A DNA stretch of 22,369 nucleotides from Caldisphaera sp. GTDB taxonomy: Archaea; Thermoproteota; Thermoprotei_A; Sulfolobales; Acidilobaceae. A program made the position numbers and the translations under genes. Under the pieces are notes generated by a model, which did no database searches, was not told where the DNA came from, and saw nothing but the letters and a program-made list of their open reading frames with translations. Below are positions 1-8,877 of the stretch, piece after piece (the first letter of the stretch is position 1; each line of letters starts with the position of its first letter). Location: positions 1 to 22,369 of the forward strand of contig JBMFKU010000020.1 of NCBI GenBank assembly GCA_049971805.1, in the 5' to 3' direction.

Positions 1-191
1 GTAATGTTGCTAAGAAAGGTATGGGTCAATAAATGTCTTCAAATGATATGAGCTTCATGAGTTATCGGAAACTGCCTTTAATGGTTGCATCAGGCACTGA
101 GGTGTTAGATTTGTTAATTGATTTATGATTAGATATAATGTTGTGTGCTCATGTTTATAAGCTTTTTTTGATAACATATAAATAGGGGAAT

Positions 192-875
192 ATGGCAGTT
201 AAAGAAGAATTTTTGAGATTGCTTAGAGAAAACGAAGAATTTCGTTATGCAGTAGCTGGTATTTTAGGTTTGGATAGCATATTGAGGGAATTAAAAGGAC
301 TTAGAGAAGATTTTAATAAACTTATTGAACTAGAAAATAAACGTTGGGAAGAAAACAACAAACGTTGGGAAGAAAACAACAAACGTTGGGAAGAAAACAA
401 CAAACGTTGGGAAGAAAACAACAAGAGATTCGAGGCTATAGAGAACGAATTAAAGCAATTAAGGAATGATTTTAATAATACTTTTGCATCATTTAATAGA
501 CGTTTAGAAGCTCTTGGAGCCAGATGGGGAATATTTTCTGAACAAGCTTTTAGAAATGGTATGAGAGGAGTCGTTGAGAAATTATTAGGAGTTGGAAAAG
601 TTGAAAGATGGATATTTAGGGATGAGTTCGGCGAAGTTTATGGATATCCAAGCGATATAGAAGTAGACATATTAATAAAAGATCACGAACATATATTGAT
701 AGAAATCAAATCTAGCACATCTAGAGGAGATGTAATAGAGTTTTGGAGAAAAGGTAAACTATATGAGAAAGTGACTGGTATCAAACCTAAGTTAGTTATG
801 ATATCACCATATGTAGATGATAGAGCATTAGAAGATATAGGCAAGTTCGGAATTATATTATATAAAGAAACATAA
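192..875 (+). CDS. Coiled-coil PD-(D/E)XK nuclease-superfamily protein (DUF3782-like)
   Basis: N-terminal 'KEEFLRLLRENEEFRYAVAGILG', heptad coiled coil (WEENNKR)n, 'LGARWGIFSEQAFRNG', and a C-terminal 'EVDILIK...LIEIKSS' D...ExK motif, matching the crenarchaeal DUF3782-type architecture. AGGGGA SD-like sequence upstream. Confidence 0.8.
   Translation: MAVKEEFLRLLRENEEFRYAVAGILGLDSILRELKGLREDFNKLIELENKRWEENNKRWEENNKRWEENNKRWEENNKRFEAIENELKQLRNDFNNTFASFNRRLEALGARWGIFSEQAFRNGMRGVVEKLLGVGKVERWIFRDEFGEVYGYPSDIEVDILIKDHEHILIEIKSSTSRGDVIEFWRKGKLYEKVTGIKPKLVMISPYVDDRALEDIGKFGIILYKET
339..422 (+). repeat. Intragenic 21-bp tandem repeat, 4 perfect copies of AAACGTTGGGAAGAAAACAAC (KRWEENN)
   Basis: Read directly: copies at 339-359, 360-380, 381-401 and 402-422, with no spacers. 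Confidence 0.97.
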
Positions 876-1026
876 TCCTTTGAACAATTTGTCCCTACAC
901 TTTCATTTCAATTATTTTATCTTCAATCATGATCGAGCAAAAGGATTCAGCCCATCTTTGTAAAATATGAGAAAACATTAGAGAATTGCATTAAAACACA
1001 ATTATATTTAAAATTTTATATTTAAA

Positions 1027-1134
1027 TTATTTCTTTCCTTCATTTTTATTTTGCTCATCATCTTTTTGTTTTCTTAGTGTCATAATTCTTTCAACAGATT
1101 CGATTATCCTTAATAAATCAACTATATCGTCCAT
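1027..1134 (-). CDS. Putative small protein, 35 aa (MDDIVDLLRIIESVERIMTLRKQKDDEQNKNEGKK)
   Basis: Manually translated ATG(1134) to TAA(1027). Amphipathic helical N-half and charged tail. TTATAG-like box about 30 nt upstream, consistent with leaderless expression. Below the ORF-track cutoff. Confidence 0.5.
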   Translation of the reverse strand: MDDIVDLLRIIESVERIMTLRKQKDDEQNKNEGKK

Positions 1135-1237
1135 GTTATAGATTTATCTGTATGCTTAACTATAATAGGACTATTAGTTGCCTATAAGCCAGCTAGGTCT
1201 ATAATACTGGCTTAACTAATATGTTTTACATAAGAGG

Positions 1238-1345
1238 CTAATCTACTCCAACCCTAAAGGATAGGTTTCTCAAGATCTTAATGTTTAAGCTTTGGGTGCT
1301 ACCCAAATACCTTCTAGAAATCAAAACACTGCATTTTAGAGCGAA
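1238..1345 (-). mobile_element. Degenerate IS607/IS200-IS605-type right end (tnpB 3'/omegaRNA remnant)
   Basis: Minus strand reads GAAACCTATCCTTTAGGGTTGGAGTAGATTAG, resembling the recalled crenarchaeal tnpB-element right-end motif (…CCCTTTAGGGCGGGGAGGAGGTCAG). Perfect hairpin TTTGGGT-GCT-ACCCAAA at 1291-1307. No intact tnpB. Confidence 0.5.
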
Positions 1346-1383
1346 AATAATTGATAATTCTTTAGAATTGAAAAAACAAATAA

Positions 1384-4224
1384 CTATTTATCCCAATACT
1401 TTTTATAAGATATGTAATCCTCCTTAGCCTTTAATAATGCTTTATAAAATTCCCTATCCCCTCCTCTCATATAAGCTTCAATAACCTTCCTGGTTGCTTT
1501 AGGTCCAACACCCTGCGTCATTAAGGACTCTATTACATAATGCCCTAGTCCTTGAGAAGCATAATTTATATATAAACTTGCCCTATCTAAAATTTCTTTT
1601 ACAATCTTTTTTTCAGACTCATCAAGCTTTTTTATTTTCTTGATCTTCCATTTTTTAAAAATATCAACAGCATTTTTACCCCAATCTGTATTAGGCATAG
1701 GAGCAATCATCATGCCTTTGCATTTAGGGCATCTAACTATATTGCTTAAATCCTTTACCTTGCTGCTCCAGGTCTCTCCACAAGAAGCACAAACAAACAG
1801 AGCCTCCTTATTATTAGCATTTTTTCTTAATCCTTCTATGATATAATCTATTGCCAAGTCTTTTAGATTAGTTGCTAGATCTTTCTTTAAGTAAGGATTT
1901 GTTAATACTTCATTTGTAATAGGGCTTGGCTCATTAAGCTTTATTACCTTAACTCCTTTTAAATTTTCTTTAAAGCTTAAAACGGATTGGATATCAAATT
2001 TATCATAAGTTATCTCTCTTATGGTCTCTTCATCAACTATTGTATTTCTATATATATCTATTAATTTTTTACCTAACTCAAATGGTATTTTTACTTTAGG
2101 ATCAATAATACCTAATCTTTTAGAAACTTGCAAAAATCTTGATATATAGACAGAAGAATTTTTAACAGCATCTTGAGCCAAACCCAATATTTCTGGACCT
2201 TCCATTAATTTAAACTTCATAATCGCTTCTTTAACAAGCTCACCATCTACTCCTAAAGGAGACGTAAAAATTATTGCATAAGGTATGTAATCTATCCGCA
2301 CTTTTATCCTGCTTTCTATTATTTTCGATAAAATTAATGCAAGCAAGAAATTACCTTTACTTCCAAGGCATGCATATAATATAGAGCTCCCATTAACATT
2401 TTCTATTATAGGTTCTCCAATACTTAACTCTGTTTTCCAAATATTTCTTGTACCTTCTAATATACTGCTGATCTTATCTATAGCATTTTCAGGAATCTTC
2501 CTTTTTCTCAACAATAATTCAAGCTCATTTTTATTTAACATACCTAAGCTAATTAATGAACAAACCTCTCTAGAAACATCATATGATACAGGTATTAATT
2601 CTCCCTCCCAAATAGGTATAGATCCCTCTTCGATACCAATTGGCTTTGCCTCAATTTTTTCAGAGTCATAATCTATTGTTATTACTTCCCATACCTTTCC
2701 TCCTAAAGTAAACCTAAAGTTTTTCTTTCCTTCTTCAAGCATCGCAGTTTCTACAAACCTTTCAGTAACTTCTCCGATTCTTGAATTGGAAGAAATATCA
2801 TATACAGAAAAACTAACCTCGTCTGGTATCATTGATATCCCATACAAATACCTTCTTGTCCTTTTAGATTGAGAAATATTTTCCATATCTTCATTATACC
2901 TTATAACCTTTACACTATCAAGATGTTTTATTACCATTTTCAAATCATCATATGTAATGGAAGAAAAGGGGTAAGCCCTTTTTATTATGTCTAGAGCTGT
3001 AGATAAGTTATCTGAAGTTCCTTCTACAAGTACAGCAACTAACTGATGAGATAGTGCATCTAAAGATCTTTTTGGAATAATTAAATCTTCTAAATTATTT
3101 CTCTCGGCTCTAGATATTATAACACCAGATTCTAGTATTTCAAACAAATTATCCATAGATACTATTATTCCTTTACTTATATCATTTATTTTATGACCTG
3201 ATCTGCCAACCCTTTGCAATAAAACTATCACCTGCCTTGGTGACATGAATTGCAAAACAGTGTCTATCTTGCCAATATCAATACCCAGCTCCATTGATGA
3301 TGTAGCAACTAATGTCTTTATTTTTCCTTCTCTAAACATTTTTTCTGCCTTTTCTCTAACATCCCTAGAAAGGCTTCCATGGTGAATTGCAATATTACCA
3401 TATACTTTCGATATTTCATTCGAAAGCTTTTCTGCAACAGCCCTAGTATTGGTAAAAATAAGCAAAGAACCTTCATTTTTTTCTATTACATCTAAAACAC
3501 ATTTTACCGCACTGCTCCATTGATTATCATTATTTTTAATTATAAGCATAGAGATATCATATTTTTTTATAGAATAGTCCTCTACTATTTTAACCTGTCT
3601 TCCATAAGCTAACAAGTTTGCCGCTTCCAATTTCCCTTTTTCAGATAAAGTTGCAGAAAGACCTATTCTTTGAATCCTATTTTTTGATATTTCATCTAAT
3701 CTTTCCAAAATTAATGATAATTCAACGCCTCTCTTATTATCAAGAAGCTCCTGTATTTCATCGACAATAACATAAGAAACCTCTTCCCAAAGGCTCCTTT
3801 TATCTTTTACTGTTAATAAAAGATTAAGACTTTCAGGTGTTGTAATCATAAAATCTGGAGGATTTTCAAGAAATTTTTTTCTTTGTGTAACAGTAGAGTC
3901 TCCATGCCTTAATAAAAGAGATAGACCTACACCAGTTACAATCTTTTCTATTCTATAAGATATGTCTCTATTTAATGCCCTCAAAGGGGTTATATAAATA
4001 GCTTTTATCCCTTCCTTATCGCCTTCTATTTTCTTATTTAAAATTTGTGATACAACTGGCAAAAAAGCGGCTTCTGTCTTACCAGATCCAGTGGGAGATA
4101 CTATTAAAGTGTGATGTCCATTTAAAATAACGGGTATGGCTTTTTCTTGTATAGGTAATAAATTTTTATATCCCAAACTGTTTATAACGTTTTTCAGCAT
4201 CGGATTTAACATTTCCATAGACAT
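1384..4224 (-). CDS. lhr: Lhr-family SF2 ATP-dependent helicase with C-terminal Zn ribbon
   Basis: SPTGSGKT (motif I), PLRALNRD (Ia), TTPESL, DEIQ (II), GLSAT (III), HHGSLS, ATSSMELGIDIG (V), QRVGRSGH (VI), Lhr-typical 'IPIWEGE', C-terminal CASC...CPKC. Confidence 0.93.
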   Translation of the reverse strand: MSMEMLNPMLKNVINSLGYKNLLPIQEKAIPVILNGHHTLIVSPTGSGKTEAAFLPVVSQILNKKIEGDKEGIKAIYITPLRALNRDISYRIEKIVTGVGLSLLLRHGDSTVTQRKKFLENPPDFMITTPESLNLLLTVKDKRSLWEEVSYVIVDEIQELLDNKRGVELSLILERLDEISKNRIQRIGLSATLSEKGKLEAANLLAYGRQVKIVEDYSIKKYDISMLIIKNNDNQWSSAVKCVLDVIEKNEGSLLIFTNTRAVAEKLSNEISKVYGNIAIHHGSLSRDVREKAEKMFREGKIKTLVATSSMELGIDIGKIDTVLQFMSPRQVIVLLQRVGRSGHKINDISKGIIVSMDNLFEILESGVIISRAERNNLEDLIIPKRSLDALSHQLVAVLVEGTSDNLSTALDIIKRAYPFSSITYDDLKMVIKHLDSVKVIRYNEDMENISQSKRTRRYLYGISMIPDEVSFSVYDISSNSRIGEVTERFVETAMLEEGKKNFRFTLGGKVWEVITIDYDSEKIEAKPIGIEEGSIPIWEGELIPVSYDVSREVCSLISLGMLNKNELELLLRKRKIPENAIDKISSILEGTRNIWKTELSIGEPIIENVNGSSILYACLGSKGNFLLALILSKIIESRIKVRIDYIPYAIIFTSPLGVDGELVKEAIMKFKLMEGPEILGLAQDAVKNSSVYISRFLQVSKRLGIIDPKVKIPFELGKKLIDIYRNTIVDEETIREITYDKFDIQSVLSFKENLKGVKVIKLNEPSPITNEVLTNPYLKKDLATNLKDLAIDYIIEGLRKNANNKEALFVCASCGETWSSKVKDLSNIVRCPKCKGMMIAPMPNTDWGKNAVDIFKKWKIKKIKKLDESEKKIVKEILDRASLYINYASQGLGHYVIESLMTQGVGPKATRKVIEAYMRGGDREFYKALLKAKEDYISYKKYWDK

Positions 4225-4313
4225 TGGAACACTCTCTTTGATTCAAAAATAAAAGAAAAAAGCGAAAGAATTAAACTTTAATAAAATTTAAAATTATTTT
4301 TAAAATTTTTTAC

Positions 4314-5993
4314 TTACATGCCCATTCCTTGAGGCATACCTTGAGGCATACCTGATGATCCTTCTCCACCTTGGCCTGGCTTTGATTCAGACTTTGGTGC
4401 AGATGCCGCAATTAAATCATCTATCTTTAATAATGAAATTGAAGCCTCTGATGCACTTTTTATTACCTGTTTTTTAACCAATATTGGTTCATATATATTG
4501 CTCTTTGTTACATCCTCCACTATTTTACTTTCAACTGCATTAATTCCTGCGAACCTAAAGCCTTTACCATGATATGATCTTAATTCCATTAATGTGTCTA
4601 ATGGATCCATACCGCTGCTTTCTGATAAAACAGTTGGAATTACCTCTAATGCTTCTGCAAATGCTTCGATTGCTAGTTGTTCTTTTCCTCCAATTGTTCT
4701 TGCATAATCCCTCAGAGCCATTGCTATTTCAGTCTCAACAGCCCCTCCACCACCTATTATTTTAGGTTCTCTTAATATGTTTCTCATTGAGTGGAGAGCA
4801 TCATTTAGATTTCTTTCTGCCTCATCTAATAGCATATCATTTGCTCCTCTTAACAATATAGTTACACTTCTTGGATTCTTAGCTTCTTCTATAAATATCA
4901 TTTTATCATTTCCTACCTTTCTTTCCTCAACAACACCTGCGTAACCTAAACTTTCAGGCTTTAGATCCTTAATACTTGTTACGATCTTGGCACCAGTTGC
5001 CTTAGCAATTTTTTCAATATCGCTTCTCTTTACTCTCCTAGCTGCTAATATACCCTTCTTTGCTAGGAAGTGTTGGGCAACATCATCAATTCCCTTCTGT
5101 GTAATTACTACATTGGCACCAGTTGCTGCTATTTGTTCAACCATTTCCTTTAATATTTTTGTTTCCTCCTCCAAGAAGTTATCTAATTGATCTACATCAG
5201 TTACTCTTATCTTTGTTGAAATATCAGGCTTCTGTATTTCTAATGCTGCATCTAAAACCGCTATTTTAGCATTTTCTATTCTCTTAGGCATGCCAGGGTG
5301 TACGACTTCTTTATCTATTACTATACCTTTAATTAATGATGTATCTGTTAAGCTTTCTCCTTTCTTCTTCTCTACTTTAATATTGTCTAAGTCTATGTAA
5401 TATGTTCCATCAGGCCTGGGCTCTGCAACTGTTTTTACAGCATTAACAACTATATTTACTATTATATCTTTCTCTGGACCTTGACCTGTATATTTGCTTG
5501 ATATAGTAGTATCTACAATTTTTTTGAGATAAGATTCATCGTTTACATCTACTTTGTATCCAACCTTATCTAAAACCTCTAATGCTTTATTCATTGCCTT
5601 TGTATATCCGTCTATAATAATTGATGGATGTATGTTATCTTCTAATAATTTTTCTGCCTTCTCAAGTAAACTTCCTGCTAATACAACAACGCTTGTTGTA
5701 CCATCACCGACTTCGCTATCTTGAGCTTTTGCTATCTCTACTAATAGCTTAGCAGCTGGGTGTTGGATTTCCATTTCTTTTACTATGGTTGCACCATCAT
5801 TTGTTATAGTTATATCTCCAAAAGAATCTATCAACATTTTATCTAATCCACGAGGTCCTAAACTTGTCTTTAATAGCTCTGATAAAACCTTTGCCGCTAA
5901 TATATTATTCCTTAAAGCCTCTCTACCATAAGATCTTTGAGTACCTTCTTTAAGTATTAGTACAGGTATATTCCCTCCAGTTCCACTTGCCAT
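4314..5993 (-). CDS. thsA: Thermosome (group II chaperonin) alpha subunit
   Basis: [22 protein letters not shown] motifs. N-terminus '[28 protein letters not shown]' is alpha-type. GM-rich C-terminal tail. GGTGA SD at about 6000-6004. Confidence 0.95.
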   Translation of the reverse strand: MASGTGGNIPVLILKEGTQRSYGREALRNNILAAKVLSELLKTSLGPRGLDKMLIDSFGDITITNDGATIVKEMEIQHPAAKLLVEIAKAQDSEVGDGTTSVVVLAGSLLEKAEKLLEDNIHPSIIIDGYTKAMNKALEVLDKVGYKVDVNDESYLKKIVDTTISSKYTGQGPEKDIIVNIVVNAVKTVAEPRPDGTYYIDLDNIKVEKKKGESLTDTSLIKGIVIDKEVVHPGMPKRIENAKIAVLDAALEIQKPDISTKIRVTDVDQLDNFLEEETKILKEMVEQIAATGANVVITQKGIDDVAQHFLAKKGILAARRVKRSDIEKIAKATGAKIVTSIKDLKPESLGYAGVVEERKVGNDKMIFIEEAKNPRSVTILLRGANDMLLDEAERNLNDALHSMRNILREPKIIGGGGAVETEIAMALRDYARTIGGKEQLAIEAFAEALEVIPTVLSESSGMDPLDTLMELRSYHGKGFRFAGINAVESKIVEDVTKSNIYEPILVKKQVIKSASEASISLLKIDDLIAASAPKSESKPGQGGEGSSGMPQGMPQGMGM

Positions 5994-6053
5994 TGCTTAT
6001 CACCTATTTACTAACTAATTTTAGCTCCAGTAGAGTATTCGTGAGAGCGCTTC

Positions 6054-6068
6054 TATATAAACTTTTCT
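6054..6068 (-). promoter_or_regulatory. BRE + TATA box of thsA
   Basis: Minus strand AGAAAAG-TTTATATA, a close match to the archaeal BRE/TATA consensus, about 60 nt upstream of the start codon. Confidence 0.7.
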
Positions 6069-6163
6069 ATGTTTTTGTTAAATTAAACTATAAAATTTAT
6101 TTATTAAAATTTTATTTATTATTAACCAACAACTTCATCTCATTATACTTTAAGAATTCTTAT

Positions 6164-7219
6164 TTAGCTATCACTTAGTGAAGATATTGAGGCCTTCCTT
6201 AATGAATCCTCGAGTATCTTAATTGTTATTTCCTGTTTTAGCTTAGCAACTGCTATATTCCCATGGCCTCCAACATCTTCAGTCACTCCCATATTATACA
6301 AGTTCTTCATTATTTTCAATGCTTCTCCCCTTCCACTCCTTATTATTAAAAGCCTTACATTATCTTCTTTTTCAACCAATAGAGCTGTTGTCATCTTTAA
6401 TGTTTTATATATAGCAGATGCCAAGGCAGATGCCCCACTCTTATTCCATTTATTTCTGGCATCTACAAACTTTAAATAGCCAAGATTTTTTGCTGATATG
6501 GCTAATTCCATAGCAATTTCTTTGATTTCTTTATCGCTCTCTTTTGAAACTTCTATTCCTAAATCAATTACATTTTTAAATTCTTCATCCCCACCTTGCT
6601 TTAAAAGAGATTGCTCAAAAGGCAAAGGATTTGATGCCCATTCAACATATTTTATCCAAATATTTTTATCTTTACTTTGATTTAAAGCCTTAGATATCGA
6701 TGCAGCTAATTTTATTATACCCTCAGATATCTGTTGTTTAGATCTTAGCCAACCTCCTCCTTCAAGAGTGCCTATTGCATCTATTAAATTCAAAAGCCTA
6801 GGAGTTAGCTTTACATTTAATCCATCCAAAAACCTCTTAACTAATACAGCTGTTGGACTTTTTCCTAATATAGCTAAGGCATTGTATTTAGACTCTATTA
6901 CACTCATATTTTCTAAAGTAACTGGGTGATGATCAAAATAATAAATTCTTGGCCTACAATTATTTGAGCTCAATTCATCAAGTGCCTTGCCGACTTCTTG
7001 AGAAAAAGGTATGTCTAGTATTATCAAGACATCCCAGCAATGCCCTTTAATCGTCTGTTCCATCTCTCTTGGTCCTGATGGTATTAATTCTATTTTGTGC
7101 CTGCCTTTTAAAGGAAAGACTCCGAGCTTCTCTTGTGAATAAACTATAGCAGCTGCTGCAATTACTCCATCAGCATCCCAATCGGCTATTATAGCTATGT
7201 TTTCACTCATTTTTTTCAC
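6164..7219 (-). CDS. DHH-family phosphoesterase (DHH + DHHA1-like)
   Basis: DWDADG (motif I), IILD (II), FDHH (III), C-terminal GGHG motif. Confidence 0.88.
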   Translation of the reverse strand: MKKMSENIAIIADWDADGVIAAAAIVYSQEKLGVFPLKGRHKIELIPSGPREMEQTIKGHCWDVLIILDIPFSQEVGKALDELSSNNCRPRIYYFDHHPVTLENMSVIESKYNALAILGKSPTAVLVKRFLDGLNVKLTPRLLNLIDAIGTLEGGGWLRSKQQISEGIIKLAASISKALNQSKDKNIWIKYVEWASNPLPFEQSLLKQGGDEEFKNVIDLGIEVSKESDKEIKEIAMELAISAKNLGYLKFVDARNKWNKSGASALASAIYKTLKMTTALLVEKEDNVRLLIIRSGRGEALKIMKNLYNMGVTEDVGGHGNIAVAKLKQEITIKILEDSLRKASISSLSDS

Positions 7220-7241
7220 AACCTTATTATATTTTTAATAT

Positions 7242-8333
7242 TTATAATTTTCTTATTAACACCACCGGTATAATAGTTACAGCAAGCAATATATATAAAG
7301 GTAATGCTAAGTTTATTCCCATTGCAAATGAAAATAGGGGGGATACCCAGACACCTAAAACCATATTTATCAAGTTAATCAATGATAAAGAAAAAGATTC
7401 ATTAGATTTGCTTGATAGGTCAACAGCAATAGCATAATAAATGCTCGTTGACGTATTGATTAACATACCATTAATCAAAGATATCAATGCCATAAAGTAA
7501 ATATTTAATAAACCAAAAAGGGGATAAATCATACCAGTTAGTATTGTCATTATAAATATACCTTTTATTTTATTTCTTTTTTCAAAAATAGATGCCAATC
7601 CTCCACCAATAATGTTACCAACAAAATACAATGAGATCAATGGACTTGTCATATATGGACTTACTTTAAATATTTGCGAGACATATGAGGGCATTAATTC
7701 GCCAACAGCATAGCTACCTCCCCAAATTCCCGATGTAGCAATACCCAATAGTGTTAGTTTTTTATCAAAAACTATTTTCTGAATCTTATTTAATTTAACA
7801 TCCTTTACATAAAATACATTTTCTATTGCAGCAATAACTCCTATTAGACCTCCAATAGAAGTTGCCATTCTCCAGCCTATCAACGCATCTATTAATCCCC
7901 ATGATAGTCCTATTAGACCTCCAATACTAAAAGCTGCATTGTACAGACCCATTAATGTTACGGATTTCTGCCTATTAGAATTTACCAATACAGCTGCAGC
8001 AGGAGAAAAATATAGTCCTGCCCCCATACCGGCAAAAATCCTTAATAGTAATGCCTGAAAAAATGAATTAGTAAAAGAAACTACTATATCTGAAAGAGAT
8101 AATATAAAAAGGCCTATTATAAATGTTTTCTTTGGTCCTATCCTTGATGAAAATATGGCTGCTGGTATTTGTGTTATGGCAGCACCTACTATAAATGCAA
8201 ATGGTAAGAAACCGATTAGCTCTTTACCTACATGCTCTTGATTTGCTATAGCTAATGTTGCGGGTGCTAATATGTACCATTGAGCCGCATATATTGTTCT
8301 TGAAAAATAAATTGAGTATTCTTGTCTGTTCAA
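7242..8333 (-). CDS. MFS transporter
   Basis: About 12 hydrophobic segments, 'SSRIGPKK' motif A variant and 'LLRIFAGMGAG' motif B. Confidence 0.88.
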   Translation of the reverse strand: MNRQEYSIYFSRTIYAAQWYILAPATLAIANQEHVGKELIGFLPFAFIVGAAITQIPAAIFSSRIGPKKTFIIGLFILSLSDIVVSFTNSFFQALLLRIFAGMGAGLYFSPAAAVLVNSNRQKSVTLMGLYNAAFSIGGLIGLSWGLIDALIGWRMATSIGGLIGVIAAIENVFYVKDVKLNKIQKIVFDKKLTLLGIATSGIWGGSYAVGELMPSYVSQIFKVSPYMTSPLISLYFVGNIIGGGLASIFEKRNKIKGIFIMTILTGMIYPLFGLLNIYFMALISLINGMLINTSTSIYYAIAVDLSSKSNESFSLSLINLINMVLGVWVSPLFSFAMGINLALPLYILLAVTIIPVVLIRKL

Positions 8334-8740
8334 CGCATGGCACCGATCTTTTTATTTTTTAAAACATGATATTTCATAATATAATAGATAAGTTCAAGAA
8401 AAGATATTATTTGTACAAAATCTATATCAATAGATTCATGCCCCCTTCCTCTCTCAATAATAACAAAAGGTAGTATTAGGGGGTGGGAAAAAATTGAAAT
8501 CATGCTTCCTATATCCCCACCTATCATCAAACCCAAAAATACGTATCTGGCATTTGAATAGATAACCCATGATACCAAATACAATATTAACGCAATAGTA
8601 ATTGTTAGGCCAGCAATTATTGGCATACCTGTTATACCAAATATAATGCCTATTGAAAACATTAGTATTGAAAGCATTAATATCATTATCTTCAATTCTT
8701 TTTTCATTTTATCCGCCATAACTTTATTTTTTAAAGGCAA
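8330..8740 (-). CDS. Hypothetical multi-pass membrane protein
   Basis: About 4 hydrophobic segments. 4-bp overlap with the MFS gene suggests co-translation. True start may be a downstream ATG (MADK or MKKE). Confidence 0.7.
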   Translation of the reverse strand: MPLKNKVMADKMKKELKIMILMLSILMFSIGIIFGITGMPIIAGLTITIALILYLVSWVIYSNARYVFLGLMIGGDIGSMISIFSHPLILPFVIIERGRGHESIDIDFVQIISFLELIYYIMKYHVLKNKKIGAMR

Positions 8741-8785
8741 AATAAAAGTTTTAGTTAATTAATTCTTTTTTAATATCACAAATAT

Positions 8786-8807
8786 CTTTCCCTATACTTT
8801 CCCTACA
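8786..8807. promoter_or_regulatory. 11-bp tandem direct repeat CTTTCCCTATA/CTTTCCCTACA in a divergent promoter region (candidate operator)
   Basis: Two adjacent copies, 10/11 identical, with a weaker third copy (TTTTCCTTA, about 8817-8825). Regulatory role is inferred. Confidence 0.4.
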
Positions 8808-8877
8808 AGTTCTGGGTTTTCCTTAATTAGGATTAAAAAACAAAAATAAAAATTGAAAAAGAGGAAAGGTGGTATAA

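Noticed and set aside
1-130. Possible C/D box sRNA (ATGATAT...CTGA, 43-100) or 3' end of an upstream gene (NVAKKGMGQ*)
   Set aside because: The C box deviates from RUGAUGA, no D'/C' pair is evident, and there is too little context to call the gene end.
339-422. Possible CRISPR array
   Set aside because: Repeats are contiguous with no spacers and lie in frame inside a CDS.
4327-4350. 12-bp tandem repeat in the thsA 3' end (GMPQ x2)
   Set aside because: Ordinary Gly/Met-rich chaperonin tail.
5987-6178. 63-aa plus-strand ORF
   Set aside because: Spans the AT-rich thsA promoter on the opposite strand, with low-complexity L/F/Y/K composition; probably spurious.
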